DNA of 61,321 nt, counting the filler, from Squatina squatina (lineage: Eukaryota), in assembly GCA_031763465.1 (NCBI GenBank). It is 4 parts of 3 records of this genome, joined end to end, with 100 filler letters (N's around TTAATTAATTAA, not from the genome) between each part and the next. Parts side by side here need not be neighbours in the genome. Positions count along the whole stretch, not along the records: positions 20,136 to 34,760 come from JARFOE010000073.1; positions 34,861 to 48,428 come from JARFOE010000073.1; 2 more parts are not named here. The stretch is one strand, 5' to 3'. A model generated the notes under the pieces. It was given only the letters and a program-made list of their open reading frames with translations, did not search any database and was not told where the DNA came from. The translations under genes and the position numbers were made by a program. Position 1 is the first letter of the stretch, and the number at the start of each line of letters is the position of its first letter. Below, one piece after another: positions 24,206-36,891 of the stretch.

Positions 24206-25354
24206 CCATTATAAAACAAAGTGCGAGAGAAATATTCCACATCAGTGTCACATAATAAGTCTCCCCCACCACCCCCTCCCATAGTTAAAGATCTAAGAGA
24301 GGCAGAGTGAAAGCGAGAGAAAGAACGAAAGATAAACATGAGAGAGAAAGAGAGAGAGTGTAAAAGCGGGAGAAAGACTAAGAGGAGAACCCGAGAAAAA
24401 GAGAAAGAAAGGCAGGCAGGCAGACAGAGAGGTTAAATCCGACCCAGGTTTGTGGGATGAAATTCTCTCCCTACCAGCTACAAGGACGATTTGATCTTAA
24501 GACGATCTCATCCCAGTTTCAGGGGGCATGAGTCCACAGTACAGAGTTGTTCACCTTCATAGCCAGGCCAATCTCAGTCAAGGAGGCCACAAGGCTGCCT
24601 AGTGCAGGAAATGGAAAATTCAGGACATGCTCGTCAGAGATCAGAGTTGAGCATATTGTCTGGAACAGTGAGATTTTTATTCTCCCATAGTGTACCTGAC
24701 CTGGGGGTACTCAAGCGAGCAATATAGACAGAGCTGCATGCTGTATCTAGCCCGGATTGTAATAGAACAGTGCAAGAGAATTTTTTTTTTTTAATATAGG
24801 TTTAACACATCTGCAGGACGTCCCAAAGTGCTTCACAGCCAATACGGAGTCGAACCCTTCCTGAGGTGCAGTCACTGTTATGTAGATAAACGCAATAGCC
24901 AATTTAATGTAGAGGCTACTAAGGAATAGGTCGGACTTATCAGGGGATTCCCGGAGTCCGACAATATTTGTAGAGCCACCCTCACATAGAAACAATTGAA
25001 AACTACTGCTGTAAATCACTATGCAGCGTGGTATTGTCCAGACCTGAGAGTCGAGTCGAGTCTCAATCAACTGGCTTTTCCTCCACAAAGTCCGAGCATA
25101 AGGATCCGGGGACATTGTCATTTAAGTTGTCAGGAGGTTTGAGGTCACTCAGGGCAACTGAGTTAGTGAATGTTTACGCAGCCAACATGGCTTGTGACAG
25201 TGCCCGCTGTAAACGGGAGGGCTGGCAGTGCACTTTCACCAACTCGGGCAGCTGAATGAAGGCGGCTCCACCCTGCCTATAAAGCAGGAAACGGTCGTGC
25301 CAGCGTTACTTGTTGATCGGCTTTTCCAGATTAAATCCGTGGCCGTAGCTGATT

Positions 25355-25880
25355 AAAATGGAGCACCAGAACGGTTGCACTGTCGGAGGCGCCGTCCTAT
25401 TGGATGAGACATTAAACAGGCAGCCGGTCTGCCTGTTCAGGTGACTGTTAAAAAGAGAAAAAAAAAGATCTACACACCGGAGTTCTTCCAACGTTATGGC
25501 TTACATTGTTCAGGAGGGAGACAGACAGATGCAGATACACAGGGAACAGGCACAGGGAATGAGGAATAGAGAAAGCACCTCTCAGGTGGATGTAAAAGAT
25601 TCCGTGGCACTATTTCGAAGAAGAGCAGGGGAGTTATCCCTGGTATCCTGGCCAATATTTATCTCTCAAACAATATCGCAAAAAAACAGATTAGCTGGTC
25701 ATTATTACATTTCTGCTTGTGCAACCTTGCTGTGTGTAAGTTGGCTGCCATGTTTCCTACAATATCACACGTCTCATCCAAATGACTACACTTCAAAAGT
25801 GCTTGATCGGCTGTTAAGTGCTTTGGGATGTCCTGAGGTCGTGAAAGGCGCTGTATAAATGCAAGTCTTTCTCTTTTTCT
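25355..25880 (+). mobile_element. Deu-domain SINE in two pieces (25355-25440 and 25578-25880)
   Basis: gcactgtcggaggcgccgtcctattggatgagacattaaac, then ctcaggtggatgtaaaagattccgtggcactatttcgaagaagagcagggg...aaatgcaagtctttc. Confidence 0.8.
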
Positions 25881-27139
25881 AGAGAATAGAGACCCAGACT
25901 CTTCAATTTTTCCTGAGATGTATAACCTTCCAAACACTTATTAGCATCTCCACTAGTGGGTATTATTATTATGGCATTGGTGTTAATTAAGTTACAGTAT
26001 TTTCAAAACCCAAGGAGATCTCTTGCGGCTCAGTCTGATTGTTGCCAGTGTAGAAACTCACCATTGGTTGTGTGTAATTTCCTTGGTCTCCTCTGTGTAT
26101 TTGTTATGCATGCTCTCAAGTCACAATTCATGCTTGATAGTGATGACGTTACATTCACAAAATTGTTGAATGATCCTCATCCTCTCAGCTGATGCAAGAT
26201 GTAGGGTGGTATTTGGTTTTCAGGGGAACAAAGTGATGGGGACAGGAGTAACAGAACACTTTCATCTTAAGATGCTATTTATTCTTGTGTGTGTTTAGTT
26301 TTGATTCCAAGAATGTGGCATTTACACTGCACAATCTGCTCACTTGTTGCAGCAGCAGAATTATAGACCTACCAAAAGCCTGGGTCTGTGACTACGCCAG
26401 CAGCAAGGGAGACCGATTCAGTAGTGCCAGCACCAAGAGCTGACCCACAGACTCTGGTCTTCCAGAATCTAACCTAAATGTTTAAAAGTGTCTTTTGGCC
26501 ATTAACACGTGGATTATCTAGTTTTGTTGCAAATCAATCTAAAAAGAATATTGACTTGCAAATTGGCCAATTAGTAATATTGGTCAGCAAATTGTGACAG
26601 TACTGTCATCAGTGTTTATATTTGGATCATGATTCAGTTATGCTGCTGGATCCTTGTTGTTCTAGGTGGGAAAGTCACCAATTTGCAGCTGTTTTGTTAA
26701 GCAGGTGCAAGCCAAACTTATTCTGCAAGAAGAAAATCTAGTTACGGAAAATGGCAATTGTTAGATATTCTGAATTATTAGTCAATCTCCTGTGGTGGTG
26801 AACATGGGGAGTCAAGGCCAAGTGCAATATTCAGGCCAAGCAGGGTAGCACTAGGGAAGCAAAGGGGGGAAAGGGACAGCTAGGAGGAGAGGGTGAGGAG
26901 AAAGATGGAGAAACAGGAATGGGGTCAGGGCGACAAGAAGGAAAAAGAGCGGAGGAGGTGGAAGGTAGGGGAGAGAATGGAAGAAACCTATGTTTACCCA
27001 GGATCCAAAATGACTCGGGGTGTGGGGAGTTTGTTGTGCTGAGCAGCATTTCCCTCCCATCCGAGGGAGGGTTACAAGAGTGGAATTTTGCTCTGGGATT
27101 CTCTACCTTCAATCCCCATACCCACCTTTGGTGCCATGC

Positions 27140-27420
27140 CATACGAAGGGAATCAGGTGTTGGAAGAATGGACCAGAATGTTGCAAAGGGAATGGTCCTA
27201 CGGAATGCTGAGAGATGGGGGAGGGAAGATATGTTTGGTGGAGGCATCTCGTTGGAGGTAGCAGAAACGATGGAGGAGGATCCATTGAATGTGGAGGCTG
27301 GTGGGGTGGAAGGTGAAGACAGGGGAACCCTAATGTGGTTCTGGGGGGGAAGGGAAAGGGTGAGAGCAGAAGTGCAGGAAATGGGACAGACACGGTCGAG
27401 GGCCCTGTCAGCCATGGTAG
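27140..27420 (-). mobile_element. Penelope-like retroelement ORF fragment
   Basis: Frameshifted ADRALDRVCPIS..SALT...RVPLVFTFHPTSLHIQ..IL.RF..LQRDA.TKHIFP segment, typical of the RT to GIY-YIG linker. Confidence 0.75.
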
Positions 27421-28909
27421 NNNNNNNNNNNNNNNNNNNNNNNNNNNNNNNNNNNNNNNNNNNNNNNNNNNNNNNNNNNNNNNNNNNNNNNNNNNNNNNN
27501 NNNNNNNNNNNNNNNNNNNNACTGAAAATGCCGCTGTGTGAGGAAAGTGGGACAGAAATAATCCTCCCCTGGTCCCTGGTCAATTGCTGACAGAATGCAA
27601 CATACTGCACTGACCGACAGCCCGAGGATCCTTTGCTACGTAAGCGTACAGAATTAGTCAAGCACCTTGTATCTCAAGTCAGTGACACCCCTCACAAAAC
27701 GCTGACCTTGTGATAAATTATTTAAACCAGAGAGACAGCAGGAAAGGTAAAACTGCTCTCACAGCAAACAATCCAATCCAGACAAACGACAGCACTAAGG
27801 GTGTGAAAAATGGCTGCTCTCTGATAATAATCCGGTGAAATCACCTCAAGATATATTTATTAGCATCTTATAGACGACATTTACCAGGTTTTTGGGAAAA
27901 AAATAAATTAATAGTTTTAACAGTGGACCCTGAGGTAACTAAGGAGCTACACAAAAATAAATCTCAGCAAGTGCACTCGTACATAATTTATTTTCTATGC
28001 TTAATTATGTGGAGCCTGGGGAGAAGGAAGAAGCACTCCGACACGTTTTGACATGTGCTGTTTTGTCTGAAAGCCAAACCATCCATGTGATCTTCTCCAA
28101 TTCAAAATAAAACCCCAGCTTAAAAAATAAATCACACTTAAGAATATGCACAACAAAATTAAAAGAAGTCGTGTGGCTTTGAGCTCCTCCGACACTCAGA
28201 GGGTAAACCTTGCACAGGGAGAGGCACCGGACAGTACAGTTCGAGAGGAGCCCAGCTTCGATCCCTGCTCTGTGCTGGGATCGCTCATCTCGGTTACGGG
28301 CCATGGTGGGGACCCTTTAAATTTCCTTGGCGGTGATGGAGGGCTGTAACTCAACGAAACAGAGATCCCACTCCTGATCCAGTGACCCCCCCCCCCCCAA
28401 CCACGTTGGAAACTGCCCCAAGTGTGGCCAAGTATAGGATGACGTTTGTCTGTGAGGCCTCATCTGGTAGACGAGCACCANNNNNNNNNNNNNNNNNNNN
28501 NNNNNNNNNNNNNNNNNNNNNNNNNNNNNNNNNNNNNNNNNNNNNNNNNNNNNNNNNNNNNNNNNNNNNNNNNNNNNNNNCAGTCAGACGCCAACTACCA
28601 GCTCCCCACTAAGAGGGTCCCAAGAGGAGGACCCTGGGGTTCTACCAACCCTGCAAGAGGTCTGGGCACCACTCAGCCAAGACCACCCACCGCTTACGGC
28701 GCACCCCCCACCCACCCACCCCACCAACCAGGTCGGGAGCCCAGTGCGTGATGAATCAAAGTTCAGACATGTCTAGGTACCATGTGAAACAGCACACTGT
28801 GACTGTAAAGTGAAAGATCGCTCTGCTCCGCTATACTGGAGAGCAACATGAGTGGAAGAAGAGAAAAACAATGAACAGGAACAAGCATCTACCTGGTAAA
28901 CACAGGTCA

Positions 28910-29075
28910 AGGGGAGAGAAAAGTGTATTTACATCAATAGCTAAGGAGGGAGAGAGAGGGAGAGAAAAAGTGAAAGAGAAAAAAAAAGAGAAAGCGCGAG
29001 GAGAGAAAAGAGAGAAGAGCGAGAGAAATGAGAGAGGACAGAAAGAAGGAGAGGGGAAGAAAGACAGAAAGAGAA
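28910..29075. repeat. AG-rich polypurine tract
   Basis: gagagaggggagagaaaaagtgaaagagaaaaaa... run. Confidence 0.75.
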
Positions 29076-29240
29076 TTTGCATTTATATAACACCATTCAC
29101 AGCCTTAAGATCTCCCAAAGTATTTAAAAGTACTTCATTAGCTGTAAAAGTGCAATCACTGGTGTAATGTAGGGAATCGCAGCAGCCAATTTGAGCACAG
29201 CAAGCTCCCACAAAAAGAGCAATGAGATAATGACCAGAGA
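29072..29240 (-). mobile_element. Deu-domain SINE 3' half
   Basis: Reverse complement of ctggtcattatctcattgct...gtgggagcttgctgtgc...aaatgcaa. Confidence 0.75.
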
Positions 29241-32200
29241 AGGAGAGAGGCACCATTGACATCCCCAACCTCCCAAATCATTTCTGTGATCCTGACAACT
29301 CCAGAGAGAGAGAAAGCGGGAGAATCCATTTAAAAAGCGGCCAGGTTTCCTTCCAACTGCTCACCAGTGATTTAAGGTGACCTTGCATCACTCCTCTGTT
29401 CTCTAGTTTGCCCCATCAATCACCCGGGACTGGTCCAAGTTCTCAAAAAATGCATTAATGGCCTATTCAAGAAAGGAGTGAAGTGGGTGGAATATGTCTG
29501 CTTCGTCGCTCAGCACACACAGGACTCTCCTTCCATGGAGGTGCCCCCTCCCCCTCCCGCTCCTAGGGAGACCACTAACAGGCAGCCTTCAGATAAATCG
29601 NNNNNNNNNNGAGAAGGAAAATCTTAAGACGGAGCAGCCTTTTTTAAAAAAAAGTTATTCTGTGGTCCATTAGTTATGGGGGAGGGGAGACAGAGGTCAC
29701 TCCCATCAGTCATTTCTGTTAAAGGTGTCTCAAGGGAGGAAGAGAAAAACAACACTGAGCAGGGACTAGGCCCCTCACTACGGGGAAGGGCAATTTGCTC
29801 ACTCTCACACACCTCCGAACATTCTGTCGCACAGTGGCCCGGATAGGAGCCTGGGAGAAGGTTGCCTGTGCGTTAGTCTCCATATTATATTGAANNNNNN
29901 NNNNNNNNNNNNNNNNNNNNNNNNNNNNNNNNNNNNNNNNNNNNNNNNNNNNNNNNNNNNNNNNNNNNNNNNNNNNNNNNNNNNNNNNNNNNNNCTAGTT
30001 TTTTTTAAAATCTTATTCCAAATTTATTTAACTAACTGAATTTAAATTCCCCAGTAGTCCAGTAACATTCCAGTAAATTCCCTGCTAGTCCAGTAACATT
30101 ACCATTATGCTACCGTTCCCTCGCCGTGTGTGCGCAGCTAAACAGACTGGGTACACTCCAGCTCCTATATCACACTAATCAGCACCCTCTCAACCAGCAG
30201 AGGTCAGAAACCGAGCTATCCTGATTGGAACCTTTGAAAACAGAGCACAATAAATGTAACAGAAAATACAAGATCGAATGATAAAGCAAAAAGGTTAGGG
30301 GTTTTTTTTGATAAAAGAAAGCTTAAGAGCATGTATACAAAACCACCCTGGTAACCTCGTTACTGTCATTCAACATTAGGCTGTTTTCCAGCACTCGTCC
30401 TGTGGCCCTGGTTCTGCCTCGTCTCTCCGAGCCAGATAGTTTCATTGTGAGTCCTGCACAAAATAGCTGTGGGAAATTAAGCAGGATTCTGTGCTAAACA
30501 AAGAGCTTTACAACCTCACCTAACCCCTTCCCCAGTGTCCTTTTACTCCCACCTCCCTGCACTCACCATAAAGCAGTCTCCAGTGCCTCTTCGCTCCAAC
30601 CACTGCTTTTTATTGCACGGAGCTGATTTATGCGCCTAGGTCACCCCAGCTTATTTTAAAAGCTTTCTCAACAACCTTTTAAAATACATATACACGCACG
30701 CATAAAAAGGAAAAAAGGAGACTTCAAGGCAAACCTAAATTGGATGCAGTTGCAGAAGGCGGAGGTCTCAGAAGGTATTGAGAAAGCTGTGTTTCATTCC
30801 TGGTGTATAAGTGGGACTTAAAAGGGGCCGCAGTTGTCAAGGAATTTTCAGCTTGCAAGTCACATATAAATGTACCTCCGAGGGAGCAGGGCCCGATTTA
30901 GGCAGGGGTGAAAATGGTCACAGCTATGTGTGTATGCTNNNNNNNNNNNNNNNNNNNNNNNNNNNNNNNNNNNNNNNNNNNNNNNNNNNNNNNNNNNNNN
31001 NNNNNNNNNNNNNNNNNNNNNNNNNNNNNNNNNNNNNNNNNNNNNNNNNNNNNNNNNNNNNNNNNNNNNNNNNNNNNNNNNNNNNNNNNNNNNNNNNNNN
31101 NNNNNNNNNNNNNNNNNNNNNNNNNNNNNNNNNNNNNNNNNNNNNNNNNNNNNNNNNNNNNNNNNNNNNNNNNNNNNNNNNNNNNNNNNNNNNNNNNNNN
31201 NNNNNNNNNNNNNNNNNNNNNNNNNNNNNNNNNNNNNNNNNNNNNNNNNNNNNNNNNNNNNNNNNNNNNNNNNNNNNNNNNNNNNNNNNNNNNNNNNNNN
31301 NNNNNNNNNNNNNNNNNNNNNNNNNNNNNNNNNNNNNNNNNNNNNNNNNNNNNNNNNNNNNNNNNNNNNNNNNNNNNNNNNNNNNNNNNNNNNNNNNNNN
31401 NNNNNNNNNNNNNNNNNNNNNNNNNNNNNNNNNNNNNNNNNNNNNNNNNNNNNNNNNNNNNNNNNNNNNNNNNNNNNNNNNNNNNNNNNNNNNNNNNNNN
31501 NNNNNNNNNNNNNNNNNNNNNNNNNNNNNNNNNNNNNNNNNNNNNNNNNNNNNNNNNNNNNNNNNNNNNNNNNNNNNNNNNNNNNNNNNNNNNNNNNNNN
31601 NNNNNNNNNNNNNNNNNNNNNNNNNNNNNNNNNNNNNNNNNNNNNNNNNNNNNNNNNNNNNNNNNNNNNNNNNNNNNNNNNNNNNNNNNNNNNNNNNNNN
31701 NNNNNNNNNNNNNNNNNNNNNNNNNNNNNNNNNNNNGTGGCGAAGCAGTATCAAAACATTCCGTCTTTCCTGGCATTCTCAAGTTCACGGGGTAGTGGGT
31801 GGAGCGCTGCACCATCGAGCAGTGGGACATTGGCTCGACCTCTGCGCGTGCCGCGATCCTGACCTCACCCGTGGCAGTGCAGCGAGGGCAATGATTGGAC
31901 ACGAAATAAACTGTTACCCCCGTGCTGCACTTCTCGCTGGCTGCAGGGGGTAACAGGGCTGAGCGCAGTTGGCAGGGTTGTAGGACAGCCAGGGGAAACA
32001 AAGTAGTGGCAGTTTACCTCAAAGTAAAACTCGCAAAGGACGATTTCAATACAAGTCCTCACCAGAGAAAACCTCCACAAACATAGTTACACTATGTGCC
32101 AGCACCTTCTATCTTTGACTACTCATCTTGGACTGGCCTTTCATTGCCCCGCTTCTCATTTTGCATTCTCTCCATGACATATCCCAAGAGTCAAGCACAA

Positions 32201-32824
32201 AGCCAGTTATAAAAATACTAAAAACTGCTTGAAGTGGCAAATTAAACTGAGCAGCAAAGCCACAACCAGTGCTGCTTCCATGGCTCCAACACCTTTTCTC
32301 CAGCACTCCACTTTTAATTCTTACTGCAACCACCCCAACTCTCCCCATTCATCAATGCAAAGCCAAGTGCAGGTTTATATACAGTTCCTTCTACACACCA
32401 GATTGCATTACACGTTGTGTTAAGCTCTATGCGCATAACGCACTGTCACAGATCAAACAGTTCCTGCATTAATATAATTTTAGTGCTATTCACACAAGGG
32501 CGATTGAGTGAGAATTTTTCTTTTCATTACCATCCCATTATGTTCAATGGTAGGTTACTGGTGTGAAAATGTTCCATTAAATAAAAAAAGTGATTTCCAG
32601 GAATCCAGTTGAAGGGGTGAGGTGGCCCCTTGGAAAAGGCCGGTTAGTGATCAAATTGCACGCTGTCTCAAAAATTCAACTGTATAATTTATTCTGAGGG
32701 AGCAGCCCCACTTTCTGCCTCCCCAGGTGGCACAAACAAGACAGGTGTCGTTCACTGCACACACAGGCACCAACCGAAGTGGCCGGCACACACCATCGCG
32801 ACGCATCGCTAAGAAGGTTTGATT

Positions 32825-33360
32825 GCATTTCCGCAAACCTGAGGTGGTCCAAAGCTCAGCTGCCCGTGTCTTAGCTCGCACCAAGTCCCGTTCACCCATC
32901 ACCCCTGTGCTCGCTGACCTACACTGGCTCCCGCTCAAGCAATGTCTCGATTTCAAAATACTCGTCCTTGTTTTCAACACCCTCCATAGCCTCGCNNNNN
33001 NNNNNTCCCCCATCTCTAATCTCCTCCAGCCCCACAAGCCCCACCCCAGCCCACCAAGATGCCTGCACTCCTCTAATTCTGGCCACTTGAGCAACCCTGA
33101 TTTTAATCACTCCACCATTGGTGGCCATGCCTTCAACTGCCTGGGCCCTAAACTCTGGAATGCCCTCCCTAAACCTCTCCGCCTCTCTATCCTCCTTTAA
33201 GACGCTCCTAAAATCTTAAAACCTACCTCTTTGACTAAGCTTTTGGTCATCTGCCCCAATACCTCCTTATGCGGCTTGGTGTCAAATTCTGTTTGATGAT
33301 TGCTCCTGCGAAGCAGCTCGGAACGTTTTGCTACATTAAAGGCGCTATAAGTTGTTGTTG
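32825..33360 (+). mobile_element. L2-like LINE 3' fragment
   Basis: VQSSAARVLARTKSRSPITPVLADLHWLPLKQCLDFKILVLVF...AFNCLGPKLWNALP, a canonical L2 ORF2 C-terminus. Confidence 0.9.
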
Positions 33361-34760
33361 TACCACTACGGTCACCAGGTATTCAATCCAGTGAACTGCA
33401 AGTCAGACAGATTCTTCGCCTCCTTTTCAGTAACCAGAGGAGGGCCGTCTTTTGAAAACATATACAATAAAAGTATACAGAGCTAACACAGGCTTCCTTG
33501 CATGAGCAAACCAACTAATTCCAGGCTACCAGAGCCGTTGAGTGAATGCAAGCAGGCTCCAAGAAAATTTGCATAATTTGTCGTCTTTGACCTATTCACA
33601 TCCTGTCAACCCAGAACCAAAGCAACATTAAGCAATTCCACATGGTGACCTTCTCAATCCAAAGGTCAAAGGGCACTGGAAGGTTCAGGCCCCGTATCGC
33701 CATCTCCATTTTCACAGCCCAGCCGCGGTTCAGTACACAACACACTTCTTGTTACCAAGGCCTCAGCAGCATCTTTCCCCAACCCCCCATCCAGTCCCTC
33801 TCTGCTAATTGAACCTAAATACCTAGCATTAATCCATCTGTTGTAATCGTATTTCAACAAGATCAGAAGGTACGCAGCCTTCTACTTTTTTTAAAGTTAT
33901 ATAATAAATCACAACAATAACAAAGTCCCTTATTCAGCTTGTAAATGGCAGAGAAGCCACAGGATTAAGATTAAATTGCAAATCAGAAGTGTAAAATAAA
34001 ATACAAACGAATGCTCCCGCTGCAGAATCTCAACCTCAAACAAACCCTCCACATGACCATTGAAGATTTCATTACCAACTCAAAACCAAGCAAAGCTTCG
34101 CTCTATCTCCCCACCCCCCACCACCATTCTGCTCTCTTATTGCCTAACACTGGGCACCACATTAAAAAAGCACCAACAAACGGGGATGAAAGTTGTGTAA
34201 GACGATATTGCATATGAAAGGCCTCGACAAAAATCACTCGCACGTGACAAACATTGTTTTCAGCAATCTCATATACACCACCTTCTGCTTCCCCCTGAAC
34301 TTAGCCAATCTATCTGAACAAAACAGTTGAATGCTAAATTGCTGACGGCAGATATTTAAAATTGATATTTAGCAGATCCATAATTTCTAGTGTTTAACCT
34401 CCGCAAAGGTTCACTCGGGCAGAGGTGGATAAAAGTACAATCGTACAGAACTGAGCGGCGTCCCAAACTCAGTCGCTGAATTAGTTGATCTCAACCTGGA
34501 TGGCAGTGTAAAATGTTTCTGCTTCTCATCTCCTCACAGTGACCTCTACCGGAAGGATGTGCAGGTAAACATGGGGTGAAGGGAGAATTCGGAGTGCCTA
34601 CTTATTGTCGAGCTGCTCACCAACATGTGTCGTTCAGGCTATCACATAAAAAATGGTTACTTGGGTGCAATATTGGCAGGTCACTGCCAGCTGTGGAATG
34701 ACACCTCAGCGCAAGCCTTCAAATTCAGGAGGGGAAACTAGAGGCCCCAATTGGATTGCG

Positions 34761-34860
34761 NNNNNNNNNNNNNNNNNNNNNNNNNNNNNNNNNNNNNNNN
34801 NNNNTTAATTAATTAANNNNNNNNNNNNNNNNNNNNNNNNNNNNNNNNNNNNNNNNNNNN
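34761..34860. other. Artificial scaffold linker
   Basis: N44-TTAATTAATTAA (34805-34816)-N44. Confidence 0.95.
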
Positions 34861-35789
34861 CAGGGCTAGAGATAAATAGGAGAAACAGTTGTAAAACAGT
34901 CGTTTAACTAACGTGATCATAAACTGCAATACTTATTGGTGGGAAATCAGAGAAAAAGCTTAAATTTGTGAAACCATCATAAATAGTTGATTTTTCCTTA
35001 GAAAGCCAAAAAAAATTACAACTAGTCTTTGTTGTCTTATGACTATTTGATGTTTTATTAAATGTGAAAACTTACAGACTTAATTTGTAATCAAGTCTGT
35101 TGCTGCACAACCTTAATGCAACATGAATGTTTTGGGACATAGAAGAACTTTGGTCCACTGACAACTGGTGGGAGGCATTTTTGTAATGATTTTAATCTTT
35201 TGTATTTTAATATGTTTTTAATTATTTTGTGTCTTTGTGAGTTCATACACATTCTCTGCCAGGCAAATCTTTCTCTGCTCAATGTGTATTTGTAAAAGGT
35301 AGAATCATTGTAGCAGAATACATTGCTTTCTGTTACTGAATTAAATGTGCTTAACACACCAAAATTAAATCGCCCATCATCCTGACATGTATCTTTCAAT
35401 TTCAAACTTTGCTTGTTCCTGTTGAAATCACCTTGAGGCAATTACATCGTCAGACACCCGCAACTTCTTCAAATTTAAAATAAGAAATATCATGTAGAAT
35501 TTTAAAAAGCGAATAGCTTAGAGTATAATTAAGACGCAAGTAGTTTAAGAAAAGTATTTTCCTTAAGTACCTTCCACTGTAGATAATTTGTTATGCTAAA
35601 TGTAAGGCAACGCATCATGTTTATCCGATTTACATCTCTTTGCTAAAGCAACATTTAACCTGAAGTTTATATGCGCCAAATTTTAAGTTTTGAAATTTTA
35701 GGTATGTATGGTCGATTTACGGGCTAGAAACTAATCCGCAGTTGATTGCATTTATCATACTCCTCAAATGACTGTGCAGGATGTGCACT

Positions 35790-35994
35790 GTCACGTCTTG
35801 TCTCCGAGCTGTCCATCAATCGAATCTCCGCCCATGTGCAATTCTATAAAGAGAGACTCCGGCTCTGCACTCAGTCAATGCGAATCGAGAATAACAGTTT
35901 CGTCTCGATCTCTCTGCGAAAGACTTTATAAGGATACACCACAGAGATACAGAATTGAAGAATTTTGGAAAAACCCATTCAATAGGTTTTGTCG
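35790..35994 (+). promoter_or_regulatory. ADM: Putative ADM promoter and non-coding exon 1
   Basis: RCGTG core (35792, minus), GC box ccgccc (35828), TATAAA (35845-35850) and donor cg|gtacgt after 35994. Mammalian ADM also has a non-coding exon 1. Confidence 0.55.
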
Positions 35995-36485
35995 GTACGT
36001 GTAAAACAGATGACTATATATTTTACCTTCGTCTCAGTCAGGCAAGTCTGTGATACATGGTATCTTTCACTAAATCTACTTGGTAGTTGCAAATGTTGCA
36101 AGTATTTTGTGATGTTATCGGAATTATATGAGGCACCGCAGTATTCGGAACAATTTAAAAGACTACCAGCAGGTTGCACTCGCCGTGTTTTAGGTTTCGT
36201 AACATTTTCACGTATTTGAATGACTCATTTGATCAGAAACCGGTCTTTGTGATGATCACCACCTAAAAATCACTCTCCGAAAGGGAAAAAAAACCCTAAC
36301 CTGGCAGTGGTTTCTCCTGAGCGGAGATTTTTTTGATCTGGTATGTAAAGGAAACCGAAGCGTTTCACGCGCTGCTGACACATTAACCAGAACTCGAGGA
36401 GCGCCTGTCAGCTGCACGCCCACAGCCTCAAAACAAACAGAAATTGTAAAACAAAAAGCTTGTGTTTTGTCTGGCAGGTTTCACC

Positions 36486-36586
36486 ATGAGAGTGGTTCAC
36501 GTTGCCCTTCTCTACTGCTGCTTCGTCTATTCAGCTTTCGTCAATGTGGATGCCAAATGGGACGTAGCTTCGGAATTTAAAAAAAG
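36486..36586 (+). CDS. ADM: Prepro-adrenomedullin, first coding exon (signal peptide and PAMP N-part)
   Basis: Acceptor ggcag| at 36477, then caccATG. Translates MRVVHVALLYCCFVYSAFVNVDAKWDVASEFKK(R); DVASEF is as in human PAMP. Ends at AG|GCAAGT. Confidence 0.93.
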
Positions 36587-36756
36587 GCAAGTGTCAGTAA
36601 TGGTGACNNNNNNNNNNNNNNNNNNNNNNNNNNNNNNNNNNNNNNNNNNNNNNNNNNNNNNNNNNNNNNNNNNNNNNNNNNNNNNNNNNNNNNNNNNNNN
36701 NNNNNNNNNNNNNNNNNNNNNNNNNGCTTATCGGGCGTGTGGGTTTCTGTTCGCAG

Positions 36757-36891
36757 GTTGAACGCTTGGGCTTTAAGCCGAGCAAAGAGAGATCTGAAAA
36801 CTTCCAAGCTGAAGACTCAGGGGGTGGCAGCAAGTAGCCAACAGTTCGTGAGGGCAGAAGACGTCAAGGAAAACTTAAACGCTCATTCCAG
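36757..36891 (+). CDS. ADM: Prepro-adrenomedullin, second coding exon (phase 2-2)
   Basis: Bounded by tcgcag| and |gtaatt. Translates LNAWALSRAKRDLKTSKLKTQGVAASSQQFVRAEDVKENLNAHS, compared with human WNKWALSRGKRELR...LIRPQDMK. Confidence 0.93.

Noticed and set aside
26831-27661. Overlapping 223-276 aa ORFs
   Set aside because: Explained by a purine-rich tract, a frameshifted Penelope fragment and an N gap.
30811-32001. Longest ORFs in the track (276-380 aa)
   Set aside because: They consist almost entirely of X residues read through an N gap of about 800 nt.
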